The notes below the pieces were generated by a model, which saw only the letters and a program-made list of their open reading frames with translations, made no database searches and was not told the DNA's origin. A stretch of 61,674 nucleotides of DNA from NCBI RefSeq assembly GCF_001194135.2, contig NC_068981.1, forward strand, positions 66,519,059-66,580,732. Direction: 5' to 3'. Positions 12,771 to 25,204 of the stretch are shown one piece after another. The translations under genes and the position numbers were made by a program. This DNA is from Octopus bimaculoides. Taxonomy: Eukaryota. The first letter of the stretch is position 1. Every line of letters begins with the position of its first letter.

Positions 12771-13010
12771 AAAAAATAGAAGAGATATACATATATGCAT
12801 ACACACACAGGCATACATTCATATGTATGTATGTATATATGTATGAATGTATGTATGTTCCCATGAGGATTCTTGACTTTCACCCAGGTGGCCCGTATTC
12901 GATTCCCGGCATGAGAACGCATGTTTTTACTGGTGGTGCTCCTGCATGGCCATAACGTTTGGGCTGAAACATAAAAAAAATACAAATATACAGGAATACA
13001 TATATCCACG

Positions 13011-13041
<31 letters not shown>

Positions 13042-13107
13042 ATATATATATATATATATAACAGTAGAAGTATTCCCAGAATTCCCCTCTCAGATTCACA
13101 CACTTAT

Positions 13108-13567
13108 TGTAGCGGTCCTTCAGTTTTTCTAAGCCCTGTAAAAGGACTCCAACCAGGTCTTTCGCGATATCCTTAAAGCCAGGAACGTTTCAGCACACCC
13201 TCGTACATACATATTTAGGCGCAGTTACCTCCACTGACGGCGGCTGCCTAATTAGTTGGACAATAGAAGGAATACGCAACGATACGTCTCAAACACACAC
13301 CTCTTCCTCTTTTCTTGCCAAGACGTCGGACAGTAAAGACGTGATCTAGTCTCTCTCTCTCACCACACGCCAGTAGCAGATAGGAAGCAACGCACAAGAG
13401 AAGACCATAGCCTCCACGCATCAAACCATTTTCATTTATCATCCAGCTTGTATATATACGTGTGGCCACATTAAAGTCACAGCCTTGTTTTATTTATTCC
13501 TTATACCGGGCTTCCTGTCAAATGAGATTACAGCTTTCTGAGTAATGTCACATTAGATGGCTCCACA
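13108..13567 (+). mobile_element. Putative 5' LTR of the Gypsy provirus
   Basis: Starts TGTAGCGG, ends GGCTCCACA a few bases before the first PBS-like motif; no 3' LTR seen to confirm it. Confidence 0.5.
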
Positions 13568-13574
13568 ACCTATT

Positions 13575-13720
13575 TATCTAAAATGATGACCCCCGACGTT
13601 CCAGACCACTAGACTATCTAAAATGGTGACCCGATGTGGAATACATCAACTCGACTATCTAAAATAGTGACCCGACGCAGCGCACACTACAATTCCTTCT
13701 AAAATGATGAACTCCGGACG
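13575..13720 (+). repeat. Four ~40-bp units, each TATCTAAAA + tRNA-Trp PBS-like TGGTGACCC(C)GACG + variable 16-19 nt spacer
   Basis: Units start at 13575, 13615, 13656 and 13696; the conserved part is complementary to the tRNA-Trp 3' end (..CACGUCGGGGUCACCA). Confidence 0.8.
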
Positions 13721-13799
13721 AATTCTGACAGTGAATACATATTCCTTTTTCTCCTTCGCGACGTCGTCTACGCAACCAGACCGCCACTCCTCGCATAGG

Positions 13800-16700
13800 A
13801 ATATATCACTGATGTTTCTCTTCACCATATTGTCTTCTTCACCAGAAAATTTGGGGCCATTTTCAAGCGGGAAACTGCAAATCATTTTTCCTTGTGTTAT
13901 AACTGAATTTACAGCTTGGTCCTTTGCAGATACAGCGTCCTCGGGGAATATTCTTCTTGCTTGTAAAAAAAGGAAAAAGAATTATCCGGAATTTTCTCCA
14001 GAATTCACATGGACAACAAACTTTTCCTATGTGCCAGGTACGAATTTCTTTCTTTCAACCACCCGGAACCACCCGGATTATCTACGTGTTGGCCATGATT
14101 TGATCTTTATTTGTTAGCAAGGACTTCTCTTATTTTCATTCTCTGCTACTGAATAAAATTCCTAGTTCGCTGCTCATCGTCTCTTCTGAGATTTGTCATT
14201 TCATCTGTCGAATCCAGCCCATTCCACGAGACATTTCATCACGACCAAGGGACCTCCAGTTTTTTTTCCCGATCGCATCGTTTGCCTCCAGAGAAACTTC
14301 GGATCACCCGGGCTGAATTCGAGCACATGATCTAGTTGGACCTCGTTCGTCCCTGCACGAGCCTGTGGGCAGTACCTTTACACATGGCCAGGAAGAATGA
14401 CACTGATTTCCGACCGGTTGGAGATTTTAGACGTCTTAACACTGTCACTGTCACAGATTGCTATCCCCCTTCCAAATGTGCAGGATTTTTCGTCTGCCCT
14501 GCATGGCTGTAAGATTTTTTCTAAAACCGACTTGGTACGCGCGTACCACCAAATCCCTGTCAACCCCGATGACATTCCAAAGACAGATGTCACCACGCCT
14601 TTTAGAGCGTTTGAATTCTTGTCTATGCCGTTTGGACTTCGTAGTGCGGCCAGCACGTTCCAAAGGTTCATTGATGAGGTCGTTCGTGGGTTAGATTTTG
14701 TCTTCGCATACGTCGCTGACCTTCTAATCGCCAGTGGTACTCCAGACCAACACCTCCAACACTTAACCCAGCTATTCAAGCGCCTACGTTCCTATGATGT
14801 GAAGATCAACCCGGCTAATTGTGTATTCAGTTCTACCAGTTTGGAATTCTTGGGGCATTTCATTGACTCCGGTGGTATTCGTCCGCTTCCCTCTAAAGTG
14901 GAAACTATCCAACGCTTGTCTCCTCTTGTTTCCTTAAGACAGCTCAGAAATTTTATTGGCTTAATTAATTATTATCGTTGTTTCATTCCTAACTGTGCAG
15001 AGAAGTTGCTTCCCTTGACCCAGCTCTTGAAAGATCAACGGAAAAAAAAGACTCCCAGATAACGCAGTCTAATACAGCCATCCAAGCTTTTGAATCTGTC
15101 AAAGCTGACCTTGCTCAAACATCCTTCCTCGCTCATCCTGTTGCGGATGCAAAATTATCACTTACTGTTGATGCGTCATCATCAGCTATTGCCGCAGTTT
15201 TAGAGCAACCTGTCAACAGCCGAAGCCAGCCATTAACCTTCTTCTCTCGCCAGCTGAAAAATGCCGAATTGAGATACAGTGTGTTTGGTAAAGAACTCTT
15301 GGCAATTTACGTGGCGGTGAAGCATTTCTCTTATCTTCTCGAAAGTAGAGATTTCACGATTTTCACTGACCACAAACCGCTAACGTTCGCTCTCTGCCAA
15401 AACGGACCGGTACTCGCCCTGAGAAACAAGGCATTTGGACTACATATCCCAGTTCACTAGTGACACTCGCCACATCCTGGCACTGACAACATCCCCGCCG
15501 ACGCCTTATCTCGCCTGCCTATCGGTGCATTGTCGTCCCCTGCTTCGATCGATTTGGTTGCTATGGCTACTGACCAACCCTCCTTGGACTCTCTGGACAT
15601 CTCTTCACCACAGTTTTCCTGCTCCAAATTTGAACACTTGCCTCTGCCTTTTTCTGAAGGAACCATTCCCTGCGATGTTTCTAGCGGATCACCACGTCCC
15701 CTCGTTCCTGAAAAATCGTCCTCGTTTTTGAAGCACTGCATTCACTGTCACACCCCGGCATTGCGGTCACAGTAAAACTTATCTCTGCCCGCTTTTTCTG
15801 GCCGAATATGCGTCGGTCTTATTACTGCTTGGGGATCTTTGTGATTTGACGGGCAACACTTGTTTTCTTAACGAAACACTTTCAAACTTGGGACACTGGT
15901 AGAATGTGTCATATAAAACAACTTCTCTTAACCTTCTTAGCAAAAAAGTGTACATCGCAAGTTATTTCATGTTAAAGTTGTCGTATTTCTGTAATTTCAA
16001 CCAATCACTGACGTCTATTCAGCTGAATATAGTTAGTGCAGTTCGGTGTCAAGTGTGTTATTCCCTGTTTAATTATATCATTATTCCCTAGTAAGGGTTT
16101 AGGGTTAGGGTTCAGGTTTTAGGGTTAAGGTTTTAGGGTTAGGGTTGGGGTTAGGGTTATGGTTATGAGTTATAGGGTTAGAGTTAAGGTTATGGCAAAA
16201 ATAATCATAACCCTAACCGTAATCCTAAAACTAACTCTAACTCTAAAACCCGAACCCTAACCCTAAAACCCGAACCCTAACCCTAAAACCCTAAAGCTAA
16301 AACCAGTACANNNNNNNNNNNNNNNNNNNNNNNNNNNNNNNNNNNNNNNNNNNNNNNNNNNNNNNNNNNNNNNNNNNNNNNNNNNNNNNNNNNNNNNNNN
16401 NNNNNNNNNNNNNNNNNNNNNNNNNNNNNNNNNNNNNNNNNNNNNNNNNNNNNNNNNNNNNNNNNNNNNNNNNNNNNNNNNNNNNNNNNNNNNNNNNNNN
16501 NNNNNNNNNNNNNNNNNNNNNNNNNNNNNNNNNNNNNNNNNNNNNNNNNNNNNNNNNNNNNNNNNNNNNNNNNNNNNNNNNNNNNNNNNNNNNNNNNNNN
16601 NNNNNNNNNNNNNNNNNNNNNNNNNNNNNNNNNNNNNNNNNNNNNNNNNNNNNNNNNNNNNNNNNNNNNNNNNNNNNNNNNNNNNNNNNNNNNNNNNNNN

Positions 16701-16877
16701 NNNNNNNNNNNNNNNNNNNNNNNNNNNNNNNNNNNNNNNNNNNNNNNNNNNNNNNNNNNNNNNNNNNNNNNNNNNNNNNNNTTTACTTATATATTGACCT
16801 GCATCGACCGTTTCTCCAGATAGCCTGAAGCCATCCCACTCGTGGACATTTCCGCGGAAACAGTCGCCAGTGCACTC
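13800..16877 (+). mobile_element. Decayed Ty3/Gypsy gag-pol (protease relic, RT, RNase H, integrase), interrupted by a TIR element and an N gap
   Basis: RT: KIFSKTDLVRAYHQIPV..TTPFRAFEFLSMPFGLRSAASTFQRFID..FAYVADLLI. RNase H: RYSVFGKELLAIYVAVKHF..FTIFTDHKPL. Integrase: LHSLSHPGI..ARFFWPNM (~15740-15815) and LTCIDRFSR*PEAIPL (16782-16877). Many stops and frameshifts. Confidence 0.92.
15832..16310. mobile_element. Older copy of the 9830-10500 TIR element inserted in the Gypsy integrase, with head-to-head telomeric-like arrays
   Basis: 15860-16025 aligns with 9860-10025; degenerate (TTAGGG)n at ~16093-16195, then degenerate (CCCTAA)n at ~16205-16300; runs into the N gap. Confidence 0.8.
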
Positions 16878-17395
16878 AGCTGTGTATTCAGCTGCAGAAA
16901 ATTACTGCTGCTGTTTGCGAACAACTTCCGGGTCCATTGAGAAAGCCCTAACAAAACCCTTCTTTAATAACCAGAGATGCTTTTATAGCAACATAGATTT
17001 GCTGTATCAGGGTTGATTTTAGGCTAAATAACAACAAAATTATTATTGAGACAGACCAACGACGGAGCCTGTATGTTTGTTGCATGACCTGCTAGAAAAA
17101 GTAGCCAAACTTTTTTATGTATAGAATAGAAAAACCTCTGACACATTTAACTCGTATCCGAAGTTTCAAACTGTTTAGTTAAAAAAGATTAATTAAATAA
17201 TCTGTGACTTAGATTGAAAAGATCCGTGAAACTACTTTCGTACAACACTGGATATTAGCCATATGTACCGAGTTCCCATTACATTTTCTATTTATTTTAT
17301 ACGAAAATCTGAACAAATTACGCTAGTCAAGGGAATCCCAATATTTGGAATATGGATACTTGCTATCTTTAATTCTTTCAACTTTTCTTTAACAT

Positions 17396-17435
<40 letters not shown>

Positions 17436-17974
17436 CATGCATTCTTGCTTACATACATACATACATGCGTACGGTGTATCTATATGCCTATGTGTATAAT
17501 AGATTGTGCAATTGTTTGTGTAGTGTGAGGTAAGAATTCAATCATTCTTATTAACTCTTTGGCTGATCCGTGAAACTGATTCTCTAACATCAAATGTTTC
17601 CCAATGCGTTCCAATGCAGCAATCCACTTTTCTCGCTTCTCTGTCTCTATGTTTAATTAACATCTATGCTTTTGATACCCAATTTTCACTTTTCGCGTGA
17701 TTCTAAGGAAATTTGCTCACAGGTGAATAACACAGCAGCAGGTATATAATACGGACCTTTTATAATACACATGCGTTTGAGATTTGAAATCTGTCTTTCA
17801 TAAATAGATGTGTCAATATTGAAGAATAAGAATAATTTGGTTAGTTCAACAGTCTTAAACATTTCATGAGGATTTTGCGAACGAAATATTCTGCTTTTGT
17901 GTTTGAATTAATTTTTAAAACTAAGTATTTGGAAGGAATTAGTAAAATTACTAACTTTTGTTATTAGGAAGGTA

Positions 17975-18365
17975 AAGGCGGTGATCTGACGAAACTATTA
18001 GCACGGCGGATATAATTTTTAGCGGCTTATCTTCCGACTCTTCACGTTCCGTGTTCAAATTCCGCCGATGTCTGTTTTGCTTTTCATCATTTCAGGGTCG
18101 ATGAAATAAACACCAATTGAGCACTGAGGCCGATGTAAGTGACTACCCGCTCCTCCAAAATTTCAGTTTTTATGCCCCGGGCGAGCTCATGGTACCGACA
18201 ACTCGGGCAGTCGCCCGGGGCGCTATATGCCAGGCGACGCCAAGGAGGGCGTGACAAAGACAAGGAAATTTCCACGACTGTCAGCTTGTACAGGCCAAAG
18301 ATCAGCTGGCCCAGGGCACCAACAACCCTAGGGCCGGCCCTGCTTATGCCTATAGAAGAAATAAT
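17975..18365 (+). mobile_element. SINE family A interrupted in its tail by a hAT-like MITE
   Basis: Head aaggcggtgatctgacgaaac; tail cctatagaagaaa resumes after 18350. Confidence 0.65.
18177..18342. mobile_element. GC-rich hAT-like MITE (166 bp) with 8-bp TSD
   Basis: Ends AGGGCCGGCCCTG, with a decayed left TIR CCGGGCGAGCTC; TTTATGCC at 18169-18176 and CTTATGCC at 18343-18350. Confidence 0.65.
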
Positions 18366-18779
18366 TATTAAGATTTTAAGAGCATAACTTAAGAGGATCT
18401 TAAGAATCTAGCAAGAGGCTTTTTATGCAGCTGATCAAATGCATCGAAAGATCTAAGACATAGCGCCTTCGGCGTAGCACTTACTGTTTGAAATAAAGGA
18501 AAGACATGCTAGATAATGTACGCCAACATATCATTAAAACAGGATGGTCTTAGCTGGAATTTCTTTGATCATAGATCTGTTTCATTAGCGTTAACGTGAA
18601 GCAAAACAAGAGCAACAGCGGGAAAAGAAAATGTTTTTATGTTTTTTATATTTTACTTATTGCAGTCAGTAGACTACGGCTATGCTGGGGCATCGCCGCG
18701 AAATGTGTACATTTAAATTTGGAAGGAATCGCCATCAAAGCCTTTGATGCGAAATGTAAATGAATCCATTCACGATTTA

Positions 18780-18820
<41 letters not shown>

Positions 18821-18845
18821 CCTGTCTGTCTGTCTATCTGTCTGT

Positions 18846-18898
<53 letters not shown>

Positions 18899-19087
18899 GA
18901 TCAATCGATCTGCCTGTCTGTCTATCTCCTCCCCCTTCTCTCTCTCCTCCTCCTTCTCTCTCCTCCTCCTTCTCTCTCTCCCCCTCTGTCTCTAGCTATT
19001 TATCTATCTATCTAGCCTGAAAAAAAAAAGAAGAATACATTATCTTTGTTTTTATAAGTAATGTCTCTAGCTGCCTTTCTAATTAAA

Positions 19088-19160
<73 letters not shown>
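18780..19160. repeat. (TATC)n/(TCTG)n and (TAA)n microsatellites
   Basis: Read directly. Confidence 0.95.
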
Positions 19161-21371
19161 TTATCATGATTCAAATAAGGGGATCTTTTCTGTTTGGCTT
19201 TACTTTTTGAAATTTTAAAATCAAGTGAAAATTTTTTTGATTAGGAATGTTGATGTAATTTTTCACGCTGAATCTGATGTTACAGAGGTTTAAAATTTTA
19301 TAATTTTTATCCAATCAGAAAAATGGATTTGGAAGCTTGCATTTTGTGCGTGATGACAACATTACTATGACAAAACATTCAATGACGGAAATTTTAAGAA
19401 GTTTTAAGGATATGTTTTAATAAGTTTTAATGTGAAATATTCGAACAGGCATGTAATGCAAAAAATTACCAAAAAGAAAAAAAACAAACTGAAAAGTTAA
19501 ATTACGAAAAAACGAAAGTTTGCGATGCAGTCTGGGAGTTAGCCAAATAAATTACAATCTTCTCTGGAATTCTGGTTTAAACACTCCATGTAACCCCTCA
19601 TAACTTTATTATTTTTTGGAAATTTTAGAAAACTTTTGCGAATTTGTATTCTACACCCAGGTTATTCATATGATTATGCGAAAAAATTTTATTGTTTAAC
19701 CCTCCCACCCCATAAATCTTAAAAGTTCCTCTCTTTTTCGAATATTTTTTGAAATCAGAGTTTAAGATACAGAATCTGAATTTTTTTCTTAAATTCCAGC
19801 AATGGACTACCCTCGGGCGAATCAGCATTCTACTTAATGTGTTTATGAGGAGATAAATATTGAAAAACATCAATACACGTCACAGTGACAAAGAAACGTG
19901 GAAGGTACCAGGTGGTCGTGAGGCGTGCTAAAAGTAACAACTACATCGCCCTTAAATCACACACAATTTTTTTTTTGCATTCATCATCATCATCATCATC
20001 GTTTAACATCCGCTTTCCATGCTAGCATGGGTTATCATATGAATTCTCGTGTGTCGAACACAAATGAGCAAACATTTTCTCAAAATTCCTAAAAATAAAA
20101 AAAAGTTACGAGTGATTATATGAGGTGCTTAAACCAGAATTCTGACTAATTTTCATATCTCCTGCACCACATGAACTCGCAGTCAACTAAAGAATAGTGG
20201 GTCCCACAGAGACAGCAAGAGACAAATAAAAGCAGGGAGAACACGAAACAGACGAGTAAGCAGGCTACACAATAGCTTAGCTTGTTACTATGAAAACAGG
20301 CACCACTATGTCTGTGGCTTTCAATTAGCTAAAATTTGCAAACTTTAAAGGCTATTAACTTTTTATTTATTAATTTATGGTGAAAATGAATTCCATTTCC
20401 ATAATTAGCATACCAAATTTCATCAACACACCAAATTTGAAATCAATTGGAATAAAATTGGAGTTGAAAAGTGAAAGCCAAATAGAAAAGATCCAAATAC
20501 AGTTCGGCTCTACTCAGAAGAAGTACAACTTTGGCCAAAATGCAAATTTGTAGTTAAAAATTTATGACTTAAAGAGAAATTCGTTCATTGTTAAGAAATA
20601 AACAGATTTTTCAATTGAAACTAATAATTGCTGATATAAATGTTACTTGGTGGTTGGTTGATGTTTCTAGTCACGCTTTACAACGTAAAGAGAGAGAGAG
20701 AGAGAGTTCACATAAAAGGTGCGGGATGAGACTTGGTGGTAAGCATTGAATAAAGAACACCATACACTCACAAAACACCATACACTCACAAAATAGAGAG
20801 AGAGAGAGAGAGGGTGAGTAAAAGCACAACTGCTCAGAACAGTTAAAGTATAGAAAATATAGTTGAAATAGACGTTATAAAACAAATCAGAGGGAGTAAA
20901 ACGGAGAGCGAGAGGGAGAGAACGTAGGGGAAGAAATGATGGGTTGAAGAGAGAATGTAGGGGAGAAAGTGATAGGAGAGGAAAGAGACATTCAATTATT
21001 ATAAACATATTGTGGAAGAAATTAAAGCATGTCATATTTAAAAGGTTATTTGAAAAGCAATGAAAATGGTGCAATAAAGACGAAAATTATAAATTATAAA
21101 GGTATTTAAAGAGTTGAAAATGCAAAGTTATGACAAGTTTTAAAGAGACGAGTAAAATATATGTTGTATCAATGAAAACAAAGGGATATGCTTGTATTAG
21201 GTAAAGTGGGAATAAATATAGACACAAAAGAAATGTATGTGTGACAGAGAGAGAGGGTGAGGGAGCTGTGTCTGGATGAACATAGACACACATAATATAT
21301 AAACATATACATACATACATACACACAGATATACATACATAGTCGCACACACACACACATATATACATATG

Positions 21372-21552
21372 TATTCTTTTCTACTCTAGGCACAAGGCCA
21401 GGAATTTTTGGAGAGGGGGGCAGTTGATTATATAGGCCCCAGTATGCAATTGGTACTTAATTTATCGGCCCCAAACTCGGAATGTAAGGACAGATGAAAT
21501 ACCACTAAGCATTTAGCCCGGCATGCTAACGTTTCTGCCAGCTTGCCACCTT
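21372..21552 (-). mobile_element. SINE family A
   Basis: Reverse complement of the head aaggtggcaagctggcagaaacgttagcatg and of the tail. Confidence 0.7.
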
Positions 21553-21914
21553 AATATACATATTAATTTAAGAGTAATAATTAATTTAAGAGTAATAAAC
21601 ATTTTCTTTTGAAAATTAGCATTCATTTCAACATTTTGTATAAGCATCAATAAATTTCATAGAAGTTAAATCATTATTATTGTGTGTATGCCCTATTTCT
21701 TAATATTAACCATGGTGACAAAAATAGACTTCAAACGTTACCCACTGTATGACAAGTAACAATCTAGTATCAATTATAACTGGAAGTAACCGTGGAAATA
21801 CCATAGTTATTTTGAAAATTGTAAGGTGGAATTGTTTATCATTATGAAACATTTGACTCTTGAGATGGTGTCTATGAAAGCTATATTATTCTTACACTGT
21901 CTACTGTCTAAGTT

Positions 21915-22268
21915 GTGGAGGCGCAATGGCCCAGTGGTTAGGACAGTCATAGGATCGCGGTTTCGATTCCCAGACCGGGCGTTGTGAGTGTTTATTGAGC
22001 AAAAACACCTAAAGCTCCACGAGGTTCCGGCAGGGGATGGTGGAGAATTCTGCTGTACTCTTTCACCACAACTTTCTCTCACTCTTACTTCCTGTTTCTG
22101 TTGTGCCTGTAATTCAAAGGGTCAGCCTTGTCACACTGTGTCACGCTGAATATCCCCGAGAACTACGTTAAGGGTACACGTGTCTGTGGAGTGCTCAGTT
22201 ACTTGAATGTTAATTTCACGAGCAGGCTGTTCCGTTGATCGCATCAACGGAACCCTCGACGTCGTGCC
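21915..22268 (+). mobile_element. tRNA-derived SINE family C, full length
   Basis: A-box TGGCCCAGTGG, B-box GGTTTCGATTCC; body shared with 50885-51075 and 60876-61215. Confidence 0.8.
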
Positions 22269-23685
22269 AACACTGTGTAAGTTATTATCTATTATTTTTC
22301 ACTTTATGTCAAGAAGTAGTGTTGATTGTTATAGTGTTTTCTACTTCGCATTCCCTTTCTTGCACACACACACTCTCTCTCTCTCTCATTCTGTTTATCT
22401 TTCCTCTCAACTATCCTTCATTACTCTGTGCTAAACATGTTTTCTCTTTGGCTCTATCTCTCTAATTTTTCCTTCAACATAATAGCAATCCCTTTCCCTT
22501 AGCTCTCACCACTAACACACTTCTCTCTCTCTTTTCATCAGTTGAACTTACCACATGACAGCATTACACATTTGGTCTTAGCATATTGATATTTATTTAG
22601 ATTACTATAAACTTACTATGTATGGAATAGATTCTCCCTTTTACACAAGTAAAGCGTTTGAATGACTAATTAAATCAGCAACAAACGCTTCTCATATCAA
22701 ATTGATGTAAATAATTTTGAATAAAATACGAACTCTTTAAAATGATATGTTTTATATCATAGAAACAGAGACGGTCTTTGGTGGGTTGACAACAAAGATT
22801 AATTCTAATTCAATGGAGTACATTAGTATTAATATTCCACCATTATTTACAAGCTCACTTAAGTAGCCTATAAAACTTTAGATCTCATTGGCTTCTATAA
22901 ATGTTATTGATAGCACAAAAGTCTGCTTTGACTGAGCAGACCTCTAATCAAAGGCATTCTATCCATGGCCATTCCATATTAATGTATATAGATGATTAAA
23001 TTGTCTGTGTAATATTTAATTAGAATAACAGGGAATGGTTTGAAGGGAGATTTGAATTTTCAATAATTCTACAGCTATGTGGCTCAATCGTTGGTTTATT
23101 TTTACAGCTCTTTGGTGATGTTTAGAACTGAATAGTTGCTGCTTATCTTACTCCACTTTACACCAAAAAAGCTGCTTAGGATTCAATAAGATAAGCACCA
23201 AACTAAAATTAATGTCATGGGTGGATATGATTGGCTAAAACCCTCGAAAATGGTTCCCCAACATGGCTTCAGCTTAATGATTGAAACCAATAAAAGAATA
23301 TATTCAATAGTGAAATATTACATCATTCTGTAAAGACAAAATTTTAAAGATCCAACTTTATACCTACAATGCAAATATCCAAGCTCCGCGTTTAAATAGT
23401 AGAATTAGAGCAATGGATAAAATGCCTTGTAGTATTTGTTCCAGCTTTACCTATACATTTTGATTTCTTGAAAGGAGAAACTTAATCTATTGCTCATTTG
23501 AAAAGTATTACAAGGTCCTTGGGTTGCCCTTAGCAGAGTCCTCTCTTTTGCAATTTTCGAGTTAGATCTCTTGTTTGAGAAAAAACCAGAACTATTCCCT
23601 TTCTCACACATCTCAGAGGCCATACAAAAGAAAAAAAGAAAAAAGAAAAAAAATGTAGTTGTTCTAACCTCCCCACCAAACAAAT

Positions 23686-23765
23686 CACCAGTCCTCAGTC
23701 AAATCGTCCAACCCATGCTAGCATGGAAAGCGGACGTTAAACGATGATGATGATGATGATGATGT
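23686..23765 (+). mobile_element. RTE-LINE 3' tail ending in (GAT)n
   Basis: accagtcctcagtcaaatcgtccaacccatgctagcatggaaagcggacgttaaacgatgatg, the same as the end of the RTE copy at 46256-46742. Confidence 0.8.
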
Positions 23766-25204
23766 TGAATAAGAAATATACAGAATGGTCACCACTGGAA
23801 TGCTTTTGATCTAAAGTTTACTTGACCAGGACTGACCTGGAGCTAAAACAGAACAAGAACCACATCTGAGGTGTCCACTTTTAGTAATTGTTTTATTAAT
23901 TCATTACAAAAAAAAAAAAAAAAATTGCTAGGTAATCTTTTGTTTGAAGTATCCAGAAAGTGAATGACCAAACAAATTTAACACAAGTTGGTAGTCGGAA
24001 ACTTGGTAATAAAGTGAAACTGAACTCTAAAATAGTTAACCTGTTAACTGTCACTTTTGTACTGACACTGGTCTGCTAGGTAACAAGTAGTTTTCTGTTC
24101 TCCGAGAGATAAACTTTTTAAGGTGAGGCAGTGGGGTACACGAGACTCAGAGAAAAATCATGTTTAATGCTTCCAGGTTTGGAGATGTTGGATATGCCAG
24201 CATATCCAACTCCTCCAAACCTCTTTTCCATTTGAACTTAACTAATGTAATTCACCAAAAGTTTTGATTTATTAAAGTGTACAGCTGAATTATTATTGTT
24301 ATATTATAAGAGAAAAGTTGATCTCTGCCTGTCCATCACAGCATCTATATAAAGGAAGGGAAGGTGAGGAAAAAGGGAGATAACGTCTGTCACAATGTAT
24401 ATACAAGGAGGGAAGAAGGAGGAGAGAAAAGAGAGTGAGAGAAGAGAGAAAGTGTGTGTGGAAAATAGATACGTAAGTAGTATTGTCACCATAGTAACTA
24501 ACAAGTTTTGATTAAAAACATGGCAATTTTAAGTGCAAGTCTGTAAACACAACTCAACACAGACTACAAAAAAATAACTACATGCATACATGTAATACTC
24601 ATAGTTATTTTTTGGTTGTTTGTGTATGTATTTCTGTGTGTGTGTTTCTGCATGTCTTTCAACAAATAGACAATGCAGCACAGTCTTTAAAAAAGACTTA
24701 CCCTATAATGACAAGTTGTTGTTGTTGAGAGAGACATACAGTCACAGAGAGAGAGAGAGAGAGAGAGACAGCGAGAAGGAGAGAGAGAGGGAAAGAGTGA
24801 TTGAGTGAGAGAGAGTGACTGAGTGATAGAGAAAGAGAGAGAGAGAGAGAGAGTGTGTGTGTGTGTGAAAGAGAATTAGAGTTTATTTCAAGACCAAAAA
24901 AGCAGGTTGTTGTTGGAACATATCAATGTGATAATTGCAGTAGGTTTATGCTGACAGATCTATTTCATCTTGACTAGGTCGTTACCCGGCAGCATAACGA
25001 CGAATAACGAATAGTTAATTATAACAATACAAGAAATTTCATGGCACTTTCTGTATCAGTTGCAGAAAATAATTCCTTTTAATCAAACCAACAGCATTAT
25101 GTCTATGATTTTTGCAGGTGCTTCTACCATGAAAACCTCAATATATTCTTCTATACATAGCAATTTTGAAATAATCTTTCAAAGAAAAGATTTAATTATA
25201 TAAG

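Noticed and set aside
13575-13720. True CRISPR array
   Set aside because: Eukaryotic context, no cas genes, degenerate repeats matching a tRNA PBS; reported as a PBS array instead.
21915-21990. tRNA-like heads with A and B boxes (also 31794, 60876 and SINE A/B heads)
   Set aside because: They continue into shared SINE bodies and lack a clean cloverleaf; the 21915 copy lacks the anticodon-arm segment.
23447-23683. Minus-strand 78-aa ORF ending near a donor-like site
   Set aside because: No recognisable domain or acceptor; probably a decayed repeat.
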